Positions 1-9,071 of a stretch of 64,000 nucleotides of DNA are shown in pieces. The DNA is taken from contig USJW01000003.1 in the NCBI GenBank assembly GCA_900555045.1, positions 5,189 to 69,188 of the forward strand, given 5' to 3'. The notes below the pieces were generated by a model, which was given only the letters and a program-made list of their open reading frames with translations, was not told the origin of the DNA and did no database searches. Positions within the stretch are counted from its first letter, which is position 1. Every line of letters starts with the position of its first letter. The position numbers and the translations under genes are program-made. The stretch is from an uncultured Clostridium sp. Its GTDB lineage: Bacteria > Bacillota > Clostridia > Lachnospirales > Lachnospiraceae.

Positions 1-904
1 GCAGCAGGCGGAGTTTTTCTACTCGCTGATCCGGGACAAAGCCATCGACTGCCGCCCGGCTATGGACTTTGAGAGCTTTCCCGGCTTAGATAAGGCCGAG
101 ATCAACGCCATCGGCATGGTCTTCATGGAGACGCTCTACGGCCTTCTGGGCTACGCCCCGGCGCTCTACAGCGACACCTACAACACAGCCAACGTCTGGG
201 ACTCCTCCTTCGCCTCCTACCCCTTGTGGGTGGCGGAATATGGCCCCGGCTCCCCCAGCAACACGGGCTACTGGGACACCTGGGACGGCTTCCAGTACTC
301 GGATATCGGAAGCGTCCCGGGGATTCGCGGCGCCGTGGACCTAGATTACTTTAAGGACTCCATCCTGGCCCCGGACAGCACCCCGGACGTCCCGACCCCC
401 AACGTCTTCCGCTACGCCGTACGGCCCGGCGACACCCTGTGGGCCATCTCACGCCGCTTCGGCACCACCGTGGCGGAGCTGGTGAACCTAAACCACATCG
501 CTGACCCCAACCTAATCTACCCGGGGCAGGTGCTTGAAGTTCCCGGCAATGCCAATACACGCCCGGACGCCCCGGCCCCCGGCCTCTTTCCCTACACCGT
601 GCGGCCCGGCGACACCCTGTGGGCCATCTCACACCGCTTTGGCACCACCGTGGCGGAGCTGGTGAACCTAAACCACATCGCCGACCCCAACCTGATCTAC
701 CCGGGGCAGGTGCTTGAAGTTCCCGGCAATGCCAATACACGCCCGGACACCCCGGACAGCCTGATCTACCGCGTCATGCCCGGCGACACCCTATCCGCCC
801 TGGCACTGCGCTTTGACACCACCGTGAGCGCCATCGCTGCGATCAACCACATCGCCAACCCCAACCTGATTTTTGTGGGGCAGGATTTGGTGATTCCACA
901 GTGA
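1..904 (+). CDS. GH25-family lysozyme/muramidase with three C-terminal LysM domains (5'-truncated by window edge)
   Basis: Frame is open from nt 2 (QQAEFFYSLIRDKAIDCRPAMDFE...). GH25 motifs MDFE, LWVAEY, FQYSD.G.VPGI.G.VDLD. Three LysM repeats of the form Y.VRPGDTLWAI...LN.I.DPNLIYPGQ.L. Confidence 0.9.
   Translation, partial: QQAEFFYSLIRDKAIDCRPAMDFESFPGLDKAEINAIGMVFMETLYGLLGYAPALYSDTYNTANVWDSSFASYPLWVAEYGPGSPSNTGYWDTWDGFQYSDIGSVPGIRGAVDLDYFKDSILAPDSTPDVPTPNVFRYAVRPGDTLWAISRRFGTTVAELVNLNHIADPNLIYPGQVLEVPGNANTRPDAPAPGLFPYTVRPGDTLWAISHRFGTTVAELVNLNHIADPNLIYPGQVLEVPGNANTRPDTPDSLIYRVMPGDTLSALALRFDTTVSAIAAINHIANPNLIFVGQDLVIPQ
413..760 (+). repeat. 180-bp near-identical tandem duplication encoding LysM1 and LysM2
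   Basis: Lines starting at 421/601, 481/661 and 541/721 are almost identical (offset 180 nt). Confidence 0.92.
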
Positions 905-925
905 GTGGCGGGCGGTGGGGCCAGC

Positions 926-985
926 GCAGGTAACACCGGCGCAGGTAACACCGCTGCAGGTAACGCCGCTACAAATAGCACCGCC
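926..985. repeat. 15-bp tandem repeat x4 (GCAGGTAACACCGGC, degenerate)
   Basis: gcaggtaacaccggc / gcaggtaacaccgct / gcaggtaacgccgct / acaaatagcaccgcc, just after the GH25 stop codon. Confidence 0.8.
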
Positions 986-1013
986 ACTTCCGCCGCAAAA
1001 ACATTTAAATCAT

Positions 1014-1063
1014 AAAAAAGCCGGGACAGTCCAGTGATTTCCCATCACCTTCTCTGTCCCGGC
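1014..1063 (-). terminator. Intrinsic terminator of the hydratase operon
   Basis: Stem gccgggacag / ctgtcccggc with an A-run at 1014-1019 (U-tract on the minus strand). Confidence 0.7.
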
Positions 1064-1070
1064 CCATGTC

Positions 1071-1568
1071 CTACTTCCTGAGCTTTGGAAGCTTTTCCTT
1101 CTTCAGATATTCAATCAATCCCCCGCAGCGGATGATCCCCATCACGTGCTCGGGAATCGGGTTGCAGGCGTACTCTTCCCCGGTGGTCTCATTGTAGATC
1201 TTGCCGCCCTGGTAATCGATGGACAGCACGTCCCCCTTGGATATCCGGTCCGTCTGGGGGCACTCGATGGTCAGAATGCCGACGTTTATGCAGTTGCGGA
1301 AGAAAATCCGCGCGTAGTCCATGGCCACGATGGTCCGCACGCCCAGCTGCCGGAGCATGAGCGGCGCGTTCTCCCTGCTGGAGCCGGAGCCCAGGTTGTG
1401 CTCCGCCACAAAGAGGTCGCCCGGTCGAAAGCCGGAGGCGAACTCCGGGTCCACGGCCGCCATGGTGTACTTGGCTGCCTCCTCGGTGCTTAGCTCCAGG
1501 GAGGCGGGCGGGGAGATGATGTCCGTGTTGATGTTGTCCTTATATTTCCAAACTTTTCCTTTTATCAT
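1071..1568 (-). CDS. LeuD/HacB-type aconitase-family hydratase, small subunit
   Basis: GKVWKY.DNINTD.I, NLGSGSSRENAP and ARIFFRNCINVG motifs. Confidence 0.9.
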   Translation of the reverse strand: MIKGKVWKYKDNINTDIISPPASLELSTEEAAKYTMAAVDPEFASGFRPGDLFVAEHNLGSGSSRENAPLMLRQLGVRTIVAMDYARIFFRNCINVGILTIECPQTDRISKGDVLSIDYQGGKIYNETTGEEYACNPIPEHVMGIIRCGGLIEYLKKEKLPKLRK

Positions 1569-1578
1569 TGGGCCCTCC

Positions 1579-2838
1579 TCAAATATCCCTGGGATCCGTG
1601 ATGTGGCCGGTCAGCGCCGACGCTGCCACCGTCACCGGCGAGGCCAGGTAGACGCCCGAGGTCTTGCTCCCCATCCGCCCGATAAAGTTCCGGTTGGTGG
1701 TGGAAACGCAGACCTCGCCGTCCGCCAGCGTGCCCGAGTGGATCCCCAGGCAGGCGCCGCAGCTGGATGCCAGCACCGTCGCCCCAGCGTCCGCCAGCGT
1801 CTCCAGAATCCCCTCCCGCAGGCACTGGTTGTAGATCTCCCGGGAGGCCGGGGACACCAGGAGCCGCAGGCCCGGGGCGATCTTCCTTCCGCGAAGCACC
1901 TGAGCCGCCAGCTTTAGGTCGTTGTAGCGGCCGCCGGTGCAGGAGCCGATGTACGCCTGGTTGATCTTCACCCCGGTCTGCTCCCTCACCTCGCACACAT
2001 TGTCCACCTCATGGGGACAGGCCACCTGGGGCGCAAGCTGCGCCGCGTCAAACTTGTACTCCGCGAAAAAGTGCGCATCCGGGTCGGAATTCAGGCTGTC
2101 GAAGCGCTCCGTGACGCCGAAGCGGCTCAGATACTCCGCGGTCACGTCGTCGTAGCCCACGATCCCCGCCTTGGCGCCCGCCTCCACGGCCATGTTTGCC
2201 AGGCAGAGCCGCTCGTCCATCATCATGCCCCGGATGGTCTCCCCCGCGTACTCCAGGGTTCGGTAGGTCGCCCCCGCATGGCCCACTGTTCCGATGGTCT
2301 TTAGGGAGACGTCCTTCGCCATCACAAGCTCCGGCAATCTGCCGTTCCAGTTCACCCGTATGGTCTGGGGAACCTTCATCCAGGTCTGACCCGTGGCCAG
2401 GACGCCCGCCATCTCTGTGGAGCCCACCCCCGTGGCGAAGGCCGCCAGCGCCCCGTAGGTACAGGTGTGGGAGTCCGTGCCCACCACCACATGCCCCGGG
2501 AGCACATGCCCGTGCTCCACCATCACCTGGTGGCAGGGCCCCGCAAACTCGTAGTAGCGGCTGATGCCGTGCGTCTTGGCCCACTCCCTGGTAAATTTGA
2601 CGATGTTGGCCTGGTGCAGGTTGGCCGGCGGCGTGTAGTGGTCGGAGATGATCACCACCTTGTCCGAATCCCACACGTCCACCTCCATCTCCCGCAGCCG
2701 GTCGTCGATCTCCAGGCGCGGGCCCAGCACGTCGTCCATCATGGCCCGGTCAATGTTTACCCACAGGATGTCGTCCGCGTGCACCGCCTCGTTCCCCGAG
2801 GCGCGGGCCATAATCTTCTCAGAAATTGTGTATCCCAT
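1579..2838 (-). CDS. LeuC/HacA-type [4Fe-4S] hydratase, large subunit
   Basis: DHY, GPCHQ, GTDSHTCTYGA, YIGSCTGGR, CGACLG and STTNRNFIGRMG motifs. Confidence 0.92.
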   Translation of the reverse strand: MGYTISEKIMARASGNEAVHADDILWVNIDRAMMDDVLGPRLEIDDRLREMEVDVWDSDKVVIISDHYTPPANLHQANIVKFTREWAKTHGISRYYEFAGPCHQVMVEHGHVLPGHVVVGTDSHTCTYGALAAFATGVGSTEMAGVLATGQTWMKVPQTIRVNWNGRLPELVMAKDVSLKTIGTVGHAGATYRTLEYAGETIRGMMMDERLCLANMAVEAGAKAGIVGYDDVTAEYLSRFGVTERFDSLNSDPDAHFFAEYKFDAAQLAPQVACPHEVDNVCEVREQTGVKINQAYIGSCTGGRYNDLKLAAQVLRGRKIAPGLRLLVSPASREIYNQCLREGILETLADAGATVLASSCGACLGIHSGTLADGEVCVSTTNRNFIGRMGSKTSGVYLASPVTVAASALTGHITDPRDI

Positions 2839-2857
2839 ATTGTTTTTGTCTCCTTCA

Positions 2858-4114
2858 TCACATAAACAGCCCGTAAACTCCGGTCATTCCAAAGATCGCA
2901 ATCACGAACACGCCGCCGATGGATACCGCAAACAGCTGGATGAACAGCTTGGAGCGCTCTTCCTCCGTGGGGTTGGCAATCTGGGTGTAGGCCGCAAGAC
3001 CCATGGAACCGCCCGTGGAGATGGGGCTCATGCCGGCCGCGCTGGCCGTGTTGGTGATGGCCGAGAGCAGGGCCAGCGTGGACACGCCGCCGCCTACCTG
3101 GGCCGCCACATCGGTCACCGTCGGGATCAGTGTGGGCATAACCACGCCGGAGGTGGAACTGAACCAGCTCATGATTCCCGCGGTGAGGCCCATGACGCCG
3201 GGCGCCGTGACCGGATTCATCAGCTTCGCCAGTCCGCTGGCCAAAAGGTCGATTCCGCCCAACTGGATCACCAGCGCCATCAGCATGTTAATTCCACTGA
3301 TCATGAGCAGGGTTCCCCAGGGAATGGAGGCCACGGACTTCTTCTCGTCCGCCACCCGGAACAAGAGCAGCACGAACGCGATGGTGTAGGACATCAGGCC
3401 CACGTCGTAACCCATGAAAATAACCGTCACAACCAGCACCGCGATTCCGATAAGCGTGATTTTCTGCTCCCGGTTAAAGCTTGTCTTCTCCTTCGCCGAC
3501 AGGTCGATGGCGGATTTTAAGCGGTAGCCCTTGAGCACAATGTAAATCACAATAAAGTAGACCGTCATGGCCATGACCATGTTCATGGCGTAGGGGAACT
3601 CGATCCCCGTAATCCCCTGCTCCTCCGCCAGGGATAAGCCCAGGATACCCGTGGGCGCGATGGGCGTCAAACCGCCTGCGGCGGCGCCCAGAACGGATGT
3701 GGCGGACAGAAGCACCGGCGAGGTCTTCATCTCAGCGGCCAGAGAGCAGGTGAACACCGCCATCAGGCTCATGACCGGCACGGTGCCGGGGCCCACGCCC
3801 GCCAGAATCGCGGAAAAAATGTACACGATGATGGGGATCAGATTGGTCCGGTTTCCGGCCATGTCCACAATCCGCCTGGCGAGCAGCTCAAGCGTCCGGT
3901 TCTGCTGCGCGATGCTGAACAGAAACATGACGCCGAGCAGAGTCACGAACAGCTTGGTCGGAAACCCCGCGATAACTGTCTTGGACGCAACCCCCGCGAT
4001 CTGCGCCAAAACGAGTGACAGGCCGAATGCCACGAACCCCATGTTGATCTTCCGGAAGAATCCGATCAGGATCGCCCCGATCAAAAACACCAGTGACAAA
4101 GCAGCATAACTCAT
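2858..4114 (-). CDS. MatC-like / SLC13 dicarboxylate transporter
   Basis: About 12 hydrophobic segments; INMG, GFP.KLF.TL.GV..LFSIAQ.N.TLE, SSTSGVVMPTL and SPISTGG motifs; RBS aggaggt. Confidence 0.8.
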   Translation of the reverse strand: MSYAALSLVFLIGAILIGFFRKINMGFVAFGLSLVLAQIAGVASKTVIAGFPTKLFVTLLGVMFLFSIAQQNRTLELLARRIVDMAGNRTNLIPIIVYIFSAILAGVGPGTVPVMSLMAVFTCSLAAEMKTSPVLLSATSVLGAAAGGLTPIAPTGILGLSLAEEQGITGIEFPYAMNMVMAMTVYFIVIYIVLKGYRLKSAIDLSAKEKTSFNREQKITLIGIAVLVVTVIFMGYDVGLMSYTIAFVLLLFRVADEKKSVASIPWGTLLMISGINMLMALVIQLGGIDLLASGLAKLMNPVTAPGVMGLTAGIMSWFSSTSGVVMPTLIPTVTDVAAQVGGGVSTLALLSAITNTASAAGMSPISTGGSMGLAAYTQIANPTEEERSKLFIQLFAVSIGGVFVIAIFGMTGVYGLFM

Positions 4115-4157
4115 ACCTCTACCTCCTATTTTTTAAAATGTTTACGCCTATTTATAC

Positions 4158-4174
4158 AGCAATAACTATGCCAA
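4158..4174 (-). promoter_or_regulatory. sigma54 (-24/-12) promoter of the transporter-hydratase operon
   Basis: Minus strand TTGGCATAGTTATTGCT has exact GG-N10-GC spacing, about 45 nt upstream of the ATG and directly downstream of an EBP gene. Confidence 0.88.
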
Positions 4175-4228
4175 CCTCTCCTGCCCTGCAAATCCGCTGT
4201 TTTTCGGCCCATTTTCCCCCGTGTGAGA

Positions 4229-4294
4229 CAAAAAACGTTTCCCACGCCTGTGCCACCGACACATAGGGGAAACGTTTTGAAACATTTTGAAACG
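4229..4294 (-). promoter_or_regulatory. EBP gene terminator overlapping a candidate enhancer (UAS)
   Basis: Inverted repeat aaaacgtttccc (4232-4243) / gggaaacgtttt (4267-4278) followed by a T-run on the minus strand. GAAAC repeats at 10-bp periodicity (4269, 4279, 4289). Confidence 0.55.
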
Positions 4295-6247
4295 CTATTC
4301 GATTTGATATTTACGCATCAGACGCCAGAGTGTGCTCCGGGAGATGCCGAGGGCGACCGCAGTGTCCCCCTTGCGGTAGTTGTTTTCCCGCAGCGCGCGG
4401 ACGATATCCTCCCGCCTGAGAGCAGGGATTGAGCTGCCGCACGCCTCCGTGTCCGGACCTTCCTTCACCTCCGCGGCCGGGCCGAAGTCCTCCATCATCA
4501 TGCTGGCGTCGATCTCCATGGGAAAGCCCTGGTCCAGCAGGATCGCGATGCGCTCCGTGGCGGCCTGGAGCTCCCGGATATTGCCGGGCCAGGCGTACTG
4601 CTGCATGCCCGGGTAAAGCCCCCGCATCCGGCTGCTCACCTCGGCAAAGCTCTCTTTCTTGCAGAATTCCTTCAGAAAGTGCTCCACCAGAAGTGGGATG
4701 TCCTCCCGCCGTTCCCTCAGCGGCGGAATCTCCAGCTTCAGCACATTGATCCGGAAAAACAGGTCCATGCGGAACCGGCGCTCTCTGACCTCCCGGGCCA
4801 GATTTTTGTTGGTGGCGCAGATCACCCGCACGTCGATGGGGATCACCTTGTCGCTGCTTAAGCGCCGGACCTCCTTCTCCTGCAGGACCCGCAGCAGCTG
4901 GATCTGCGTCTCCTCCGGGATCTCGCCGATCTCGTCCAGAAAGATGGTCCCGCCGTGGGCCAGCTCGAAGATCCCCGGCTTTCCGCCCTTCGCGGCCCCG
5001 GTGAAGCTCCCCTCCTCGTAGCCGAACAGCTGGCTGCTGAGCAGGTCCTTGGGGAGCGCGGCGCAGTTGATGGCCACGAAGGGGCCGTTCTTTCGCGGGC
5101 TGCTGTTGTGGATACTCTGGGCGAACAGCTCCTTGCCGGTCCCCGTCTCCCCGGTGATTAAAATCGATGAGTCCGCCCGGGCGTAGCTCTCGGCGATCAG
5201 CTTCACCCGCGCCAAGCTGGCGCTGGCGCCTAAAATATCCTCGAACCGGTACTTTGCCACCAGGCCCTTCTGGTGCAGCTGAAGGCGGATCCTCTGCTCG
5301 CTCCTCTGGATGCGCTTGACACTCTGGAAAAAATAGCTGGCTCCCTCAAAGTGCCCGTTGATCACAATGGGAATCTTGTTGACCGAGATCAGCTGCCCCT
5401 GGATCCGTATAATCTGGCTGACCTCCTGCCCGGGCGTACGCCGCAGGGCGTCGAAGTCCAGCTCCGGAAGGAGCTCCCGTATGTCCCGCCCCACCACGCT
5501 GTTTGTCAGGCGCAGCATGCGCCGGGCCTCCGTGTTCATGATCGACACGATGCCCCGGGCGTCCACGTTGATGATGGCGTCCTGGGTGTGGTCCATCAGC
5601 GTCTCATACTTTTTCAGCTGAATCTTGTACTCCTTGCGCTTCTCCCGCTCCCGCTTCTGCACCTCCAGAAGCTGCACCGCCACGTCTAAGGCGATGCTCA
5701 CCGACTCGCGGGTATTCTCCACCACCGTGTAGGGAATCCCCTGCCGCTTGGCCTCGTAGGGCAGCGAGGCGCCTCCCCCCATAAAGCAGGTGGCGTCGCT
5801 GGCCAGGGCCTTCCGCACGCACTCCTCGTACTCCGTGGCGTTGTGGTAGCCCAGGATCATGGTGTTCTCCACCCCCAGATACTGGCAGAGAAGCTTTAGC
5901 TCCCTGAGAAACCCCACATACTCCACAATCACCATCTTCCCCTGATGGCCCTTTAGCAGATCCAGATGCCGCAGGTAATCGTTCAATGTCGTGCTGATTT
6001 TTGCCACCGTATAGTGGTTCTGAGCCAGCAGCTCCGCCGTGCCCTTCCGGCTGACAAAAATCCTGGCCCCCTGCCGGGACAGAGTCTCCGCCAGCTTAAG
6101 CCCCTCGTCCAGCACCGCCACGTAGATTCCCACCTCAATCCCCCGCTCCCTCGCCACCCGGCAGGTGAGATCCGCCAGGTGCTGCGAGGGCGCGATCAGG
6201 CAGATCTCCGGCACCCGCTCCGTTTGTTCTGTATCCCCCACACGCAT
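4295..6247 (-). CDS. PrpR-like sigma54-dependent enhancer-binding protein (PrpR_N, PAS, AAA+, Fis-type HTH)
   Basis: GETGTGKE, GSFTGA, LFLDEIG-like, WPGNIREL and C-terminal LGISRSTLWR. Start is uncertain (6247 or 6265). Confidence 0.9.
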   Translation of the reverse strand: MRVGDTEQTERVPEICLIAPSQHLADLTCRVARERGIEVGIYVAVLDEGLKLAETLSRQGARIFVSRKGTAELLAQNHYTVAKISTTLNDYLRHLDLLKGHQGKMVIVEYVGFLRELKLLCQYLGVENTMILGYHNATEYEECVRKALASDATCFMGGGASLPYEAKRQGIPYTVVENTRESVSIALDVAVQLLEVQKREREKRKEYKIQLKKYETLMDHTQDAIINVDARGIVSIMNTEARRMLRLTNSVVGRDIRELLPELDFDALRRTPGQEVSQIIRIQGQLISVNKIPIVINGHFEGASYFFQSVKRIQRSEQRIRLQLHQKGLVAKYRFEDILGASASLARVKLIAESYARADSSILITGETGTGKELFAQSIHNSSPRKNGPFVAINCAALPKDLLSSQLFGYEEGSFTGAAKGGKPGIFELAHGGTIFLDEIGEIPEETQIQLLRVLQEKEVRRLSSDKVIPIDVRVICATNKNLAREVRERRFRMDLFFRINVLKLEIPPLRERREDIPLLVEHFLKEFCKKESFAEVSSRMRGLYPGMQQYAWPGNIRELQAATERIAILLDQGFPMEIDASMMMEDFGPAAEVKEGPDTEACGSSIPALRREDIVRALRENNYRKGDTAVALGISRSTLWRLMRKYQIE

Positions 6248-6278
6248 ACTCCCTTGCCCTTCCATCCCACTCTTTCCC

Positions 6279-8027
6279 CTACTCCCCGCTCTTTTTCCTC
6301 CCACAGCACTGCCGGTACTTCTTTCCGCTGCCGCAGGGGCACGGGCGGTCGGGATCCTGCTCTGCCTCCAACCAGTCCATCTCCTCAGGCGTGTGGCCGT
6401 TAAGCCCGATCATCCGGGTATGCCTCCAGACCGTATCCATCACCTGCCGGAACGCGTCCTCCTTCTCCTTGGAGTCAATCTTAAACCCGCAGTCCCTCAT
6501 CACCTCCGAGACATCCCTCGCGTCCGCCCCGTAGCGCATCATGTGGTGGATCTGGTAGGCCATGGCGATCGCCAGGTCATGTTCCGCCTGGAATGCGCCC
6601 TCGAACATCTGGGCTATGGGGTTCAGCTGCTGCTCCACCTCGCAGATGCCCACATCCCCGATCTCGGCAACCATCTGTCTGTTGGGGATAAACGGCCGGA
6701 TCCCTTCCTGGCTTTTGAGAACCTGCCTGTAATCCGCGCCCTCCACCAGCATCTCCTCCATGAACAGCCCGTCCGCGTAGACAAAGTCGCCGCGCAGGTC
6801 CTTCACATCCCGAAAGATCCCGTGCAGCTCTGTCTCCCTCAAAAGGTCCTCCTCCAGCAGATTGTAGACGGCCGTGATCTGCTCGTCCGGGCACACGCCG
6901 TAGAAATACATGGCCGCGCTCATGTAGGTCCATATCTTATAGACCCGCTTTCTGCGCTTCCTGAACTCCTCCGTGTTGATCGCCCGGTAGGCCCCGGCCA
7001 CCTCCGCGGGCACCACGACCTCCATGTCCTCCGTCCAGGCGCAGTACCCGCCCTGCTGCAGATAGCTGCAGTCCTCATCCTCGATCACATGGGGCTTTCC
7101 CGGCTCCTCTGCAAAGGCCTCAAAGGTCGCAATCTCCCCGTCGCTGGCGCAGAGGAAGTACGGCTTCATCACCTGGGGCTCTAGGACATGGCTCGCCAGG
7201 CGCGCCGCCAGCTCCCTCTTTCCAAGCGATGAAAAGCCCTTCATTTTCTGCCGTTTGGCCATCTGTGCCAGGCTTTTCTTCTCATACTGAGCGAGGATGT
7301 CCCGAAGCCGGTCGGACGGTTCCCCGCCCTCCACCGCGAGCGGCTCCTCAGGCTGATTCCTGCTCTGCCTCAGGATCTCATTCCAGAGCTTCCGGATCTC
7401 CTCCATATATGCCGTCTCCTGCTTCCTCTGCTTTTTCTGTTTTCTCTGCTTCTTCGCCGGAGAAAATACAAGCTCCTCCTGCAAAAATTCATTCACATCC
7501 TCCAGGTCAAAGGACCCCATTCCCTGCAGCTGCGCCCATTGCTCCAGCCCCTCCTTATCAGGGCCGCCCTCCTCAAGGTCTTTCAAAAGACCATAGTATC
7601 CCCAGATTCCCCCGCAGTCCTCCGGCAGATTGTCCCCCTTGTACTTCACCACGGTGGGATAGCGCTTGGGATACTCTACGGTCTTCTCAAGGACAATCAG
7701 ATGCTCCCAGTCATCCCCGAAATCATAGGTGTACACCAGCCGCGGGTTTTCGGGAAGCCACTCGTCGATGCGCTGCGTTTCCTTATAGACACCGCCTCTG
7801 TCCGGAAAGCCGAACATGCCGTCGTCGTCCCCGTTCACATCCGGATCCACAAACCGCACACCGATATTGCGGATCTCAAACTCATGAAGATGCATGCCTT
7901 CCCACCCAAAAATTGCCTGAATGACCTGGTGAAGCTGTTTAAACGTGATCTGATCCGGCACAATCACGCGCCTCCAGATCGGCGGCTTGCTCCCCTTGAT
8001 TGTTATTTTCAGCTGATATCCGCTCAT
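6279..8027 (-). CDS. pRiA4b ORF-3-family protein with C-terminal SEC-C motif
   Basis: YQLKI....SKPPIWRR, HLHEF, YDFGDDWEH, PEDCGG and CPCGSGKKYRQCCG. The ATG at 8027 overlaps the upstream stop (ATGA). Confidence 0.85.
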   Translation of the reverse strand: MSGYQLKITIKGSKPPIWRRVIVPDQITFKQLHQVIQAIFGWEGMHLHEFEIRNIGVRFVDPDVNGDDDGMFGFPDRGGVYKETQRIDEWLPENPRLVYTYDFGDDWEHLIVLEKTVEYPKRYPTVVKYKGDNLPEDCGGIWGYYGLLKDLEEGGPDKEGLEQWAQLQGMGSFDLEDVNEFLQEELVFSPAKKQRKQKKQRKQETAYMEEIRKLWNEILRQSRNQPEEPLAVEGGEPSDRLRDILAQYEKKSLAQMAKRQKMKGFSSLGKRELAARLASHVLEPQVMKPYFLCASDGEIATFEAFAEEPGKPHVIEDEDCSYLQQGGYCAWTEDMEVVVPAEVAGAYRAINTEEFRKRRKRVYKIWTYMSAAMYFYGVCPDEQITAVYNLLEEDLLRETELHGIFRDVKDLRGDFVYADGLFMEEMLVEGADYRQVLKSQEGIRPFIPNRQMVAEIGDVGICEVEQQLNPIAQMFEGAFQAEHDLAIAMAYQIHHMMRYGADARDVSEVMRDCGFKIDSKEKEDAFRQVMDTVWRHTRMIGLNGHTPEEMDWLEAEQDPDRPCPCGSGKKYRQCCGRKKSGE

Positions 8028-9058
8028 ATGTCCATCCCTCCATTTTTCTGCACGTCTTCCGTCACGTCCCGGGCCGCCTTTAGCCCGTATGCGCCCTCGG
8101 CGCACAGCACCGCACGCTTGATGGCCTCCGCCACCGCCCGGGCCGCCAGGGTGCCCGCCACATTCAGATCCGCCCGCACCTTCCCCGCGGACATCGCGTA
8201 AATCGTGTCCCCGTCGGCGGTGGTGTGCACCGGGCGGATGCTCCTGGCATAGCCGTCGTGGGCCATCCCCGCGATCTTGGTCAGCTGCGTCTTGGTGAAC
8301 GCGCCGTTGGTGATGACCGCTCCGATGGTGGTGTTGCCCGTGAACAAATTTTTGATGCCGTTTTCCGCGTACTGGCGGTAATATGCCTCCTCCGAGTCCA
8401 CAAACTTGCCTGTCCCCGGGTCCAAAAGCCCCGCCAGCTTTCGGTTAGTTGCCGCGTCGTACACGTCCCCCACCGCGTTGACCGCCACCACGGCGCCCAG
8501 CTTTAAATCGCCCAATTGCACGGCGTACATGCCGATCCCGGATTTCATCATCCCTGCCATCCCCATGAGCTTCCCAACCGTTGCCCCGGTCCCCGCGCCC
8601 ACGTTTCCCTGGCCGGGGTCATTTCGCTCCGCGTCCAGGCAGGCCGCATAGCCCATGTCCTTATCCGGCCGCACCAGGTGGGAACCCACCTGGAGGTCAA
8701 ACAGGCAGGATGCGCAGACGATTGGCACCACCGTGCACCCCACCGGAAAGCCCGCGCTACGCTCCTCCAGGTACGCCATCACTCCTCCGGCCGCGTCCAG
8801 CCCGAAGGCGCTTCCGCCGCTTAGGAGCACCGCGTGCACCCCGCTGTTGTCCGCCAGCGGGTCTAACAGCGCCAGCTCCCGCGAAGCCGGGGCGCCGCCC
8901 CGCACGTCCACGCCCGTGACCGCTCCCTCCGGGCACAGAATCACCGTACAGCCGGTGGCCGCCTCCGTGTCCTGCGCGTGCCCGATCCTCATCCCCTCGA
9001 TGGAGTTGATGGGAATCTCCCTCAAAACCTCTGTCTCACACATCGCTTCAAACGCCAT
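8024..9058 (-). CDS. P1/S58 (DmpA-like) peptidase
   Basis: VDVRGGAPASRE, LSGGSAFGL, GNVGAGTGA, NTTIG (autoprocessing site) and HTTADGD. Confidence 0.9.
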   Translation of the reverse strand: MAFEAMCETEVLREIPINSIEGMRIGHAQDTEAATGCTVILCPEGAVTGVDVRGGAPASRELALLDPLADNSGVHAVLLSGGSAFGLDAAGGVMAYLEERSAGFPVGCTVVPIVCASCLFDLQVGSHLVRPDKDMGYAACLDAERNDPGQGNVGAGTGATVGKLMGMAGMMKSGIGMYAVQLGDLKLGAVVAVNAVGDVYDAATNRKLAGLLDPGTGKFVDSEEAYYRQYAENGIKNLFTGNTTIGAVITNGAFTKTQLTKIAGMAHDGYARSIRPVHTTADGDTIYAMSAGKVRADLNVAGTLAARAVAEAIKRAVLCAEGAYGLKAARDVTEDVQKNGGMDI

Positions 9059-9071
9059 CTGTTATTCCTCC

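Noticed and set aside
1..904. Prophage endolysin
   Set aside because: No holin, structural or integrase genes downstream. Upstream context is outside the window, so this is unsupported.
1071..2838. Naming these genes leuC/leuD of leucine biosynthesis
   Set aside because: No leuA/leuB or T-box; the sigma54 promoter, transporter and atypical specificity loop point to another substrate.
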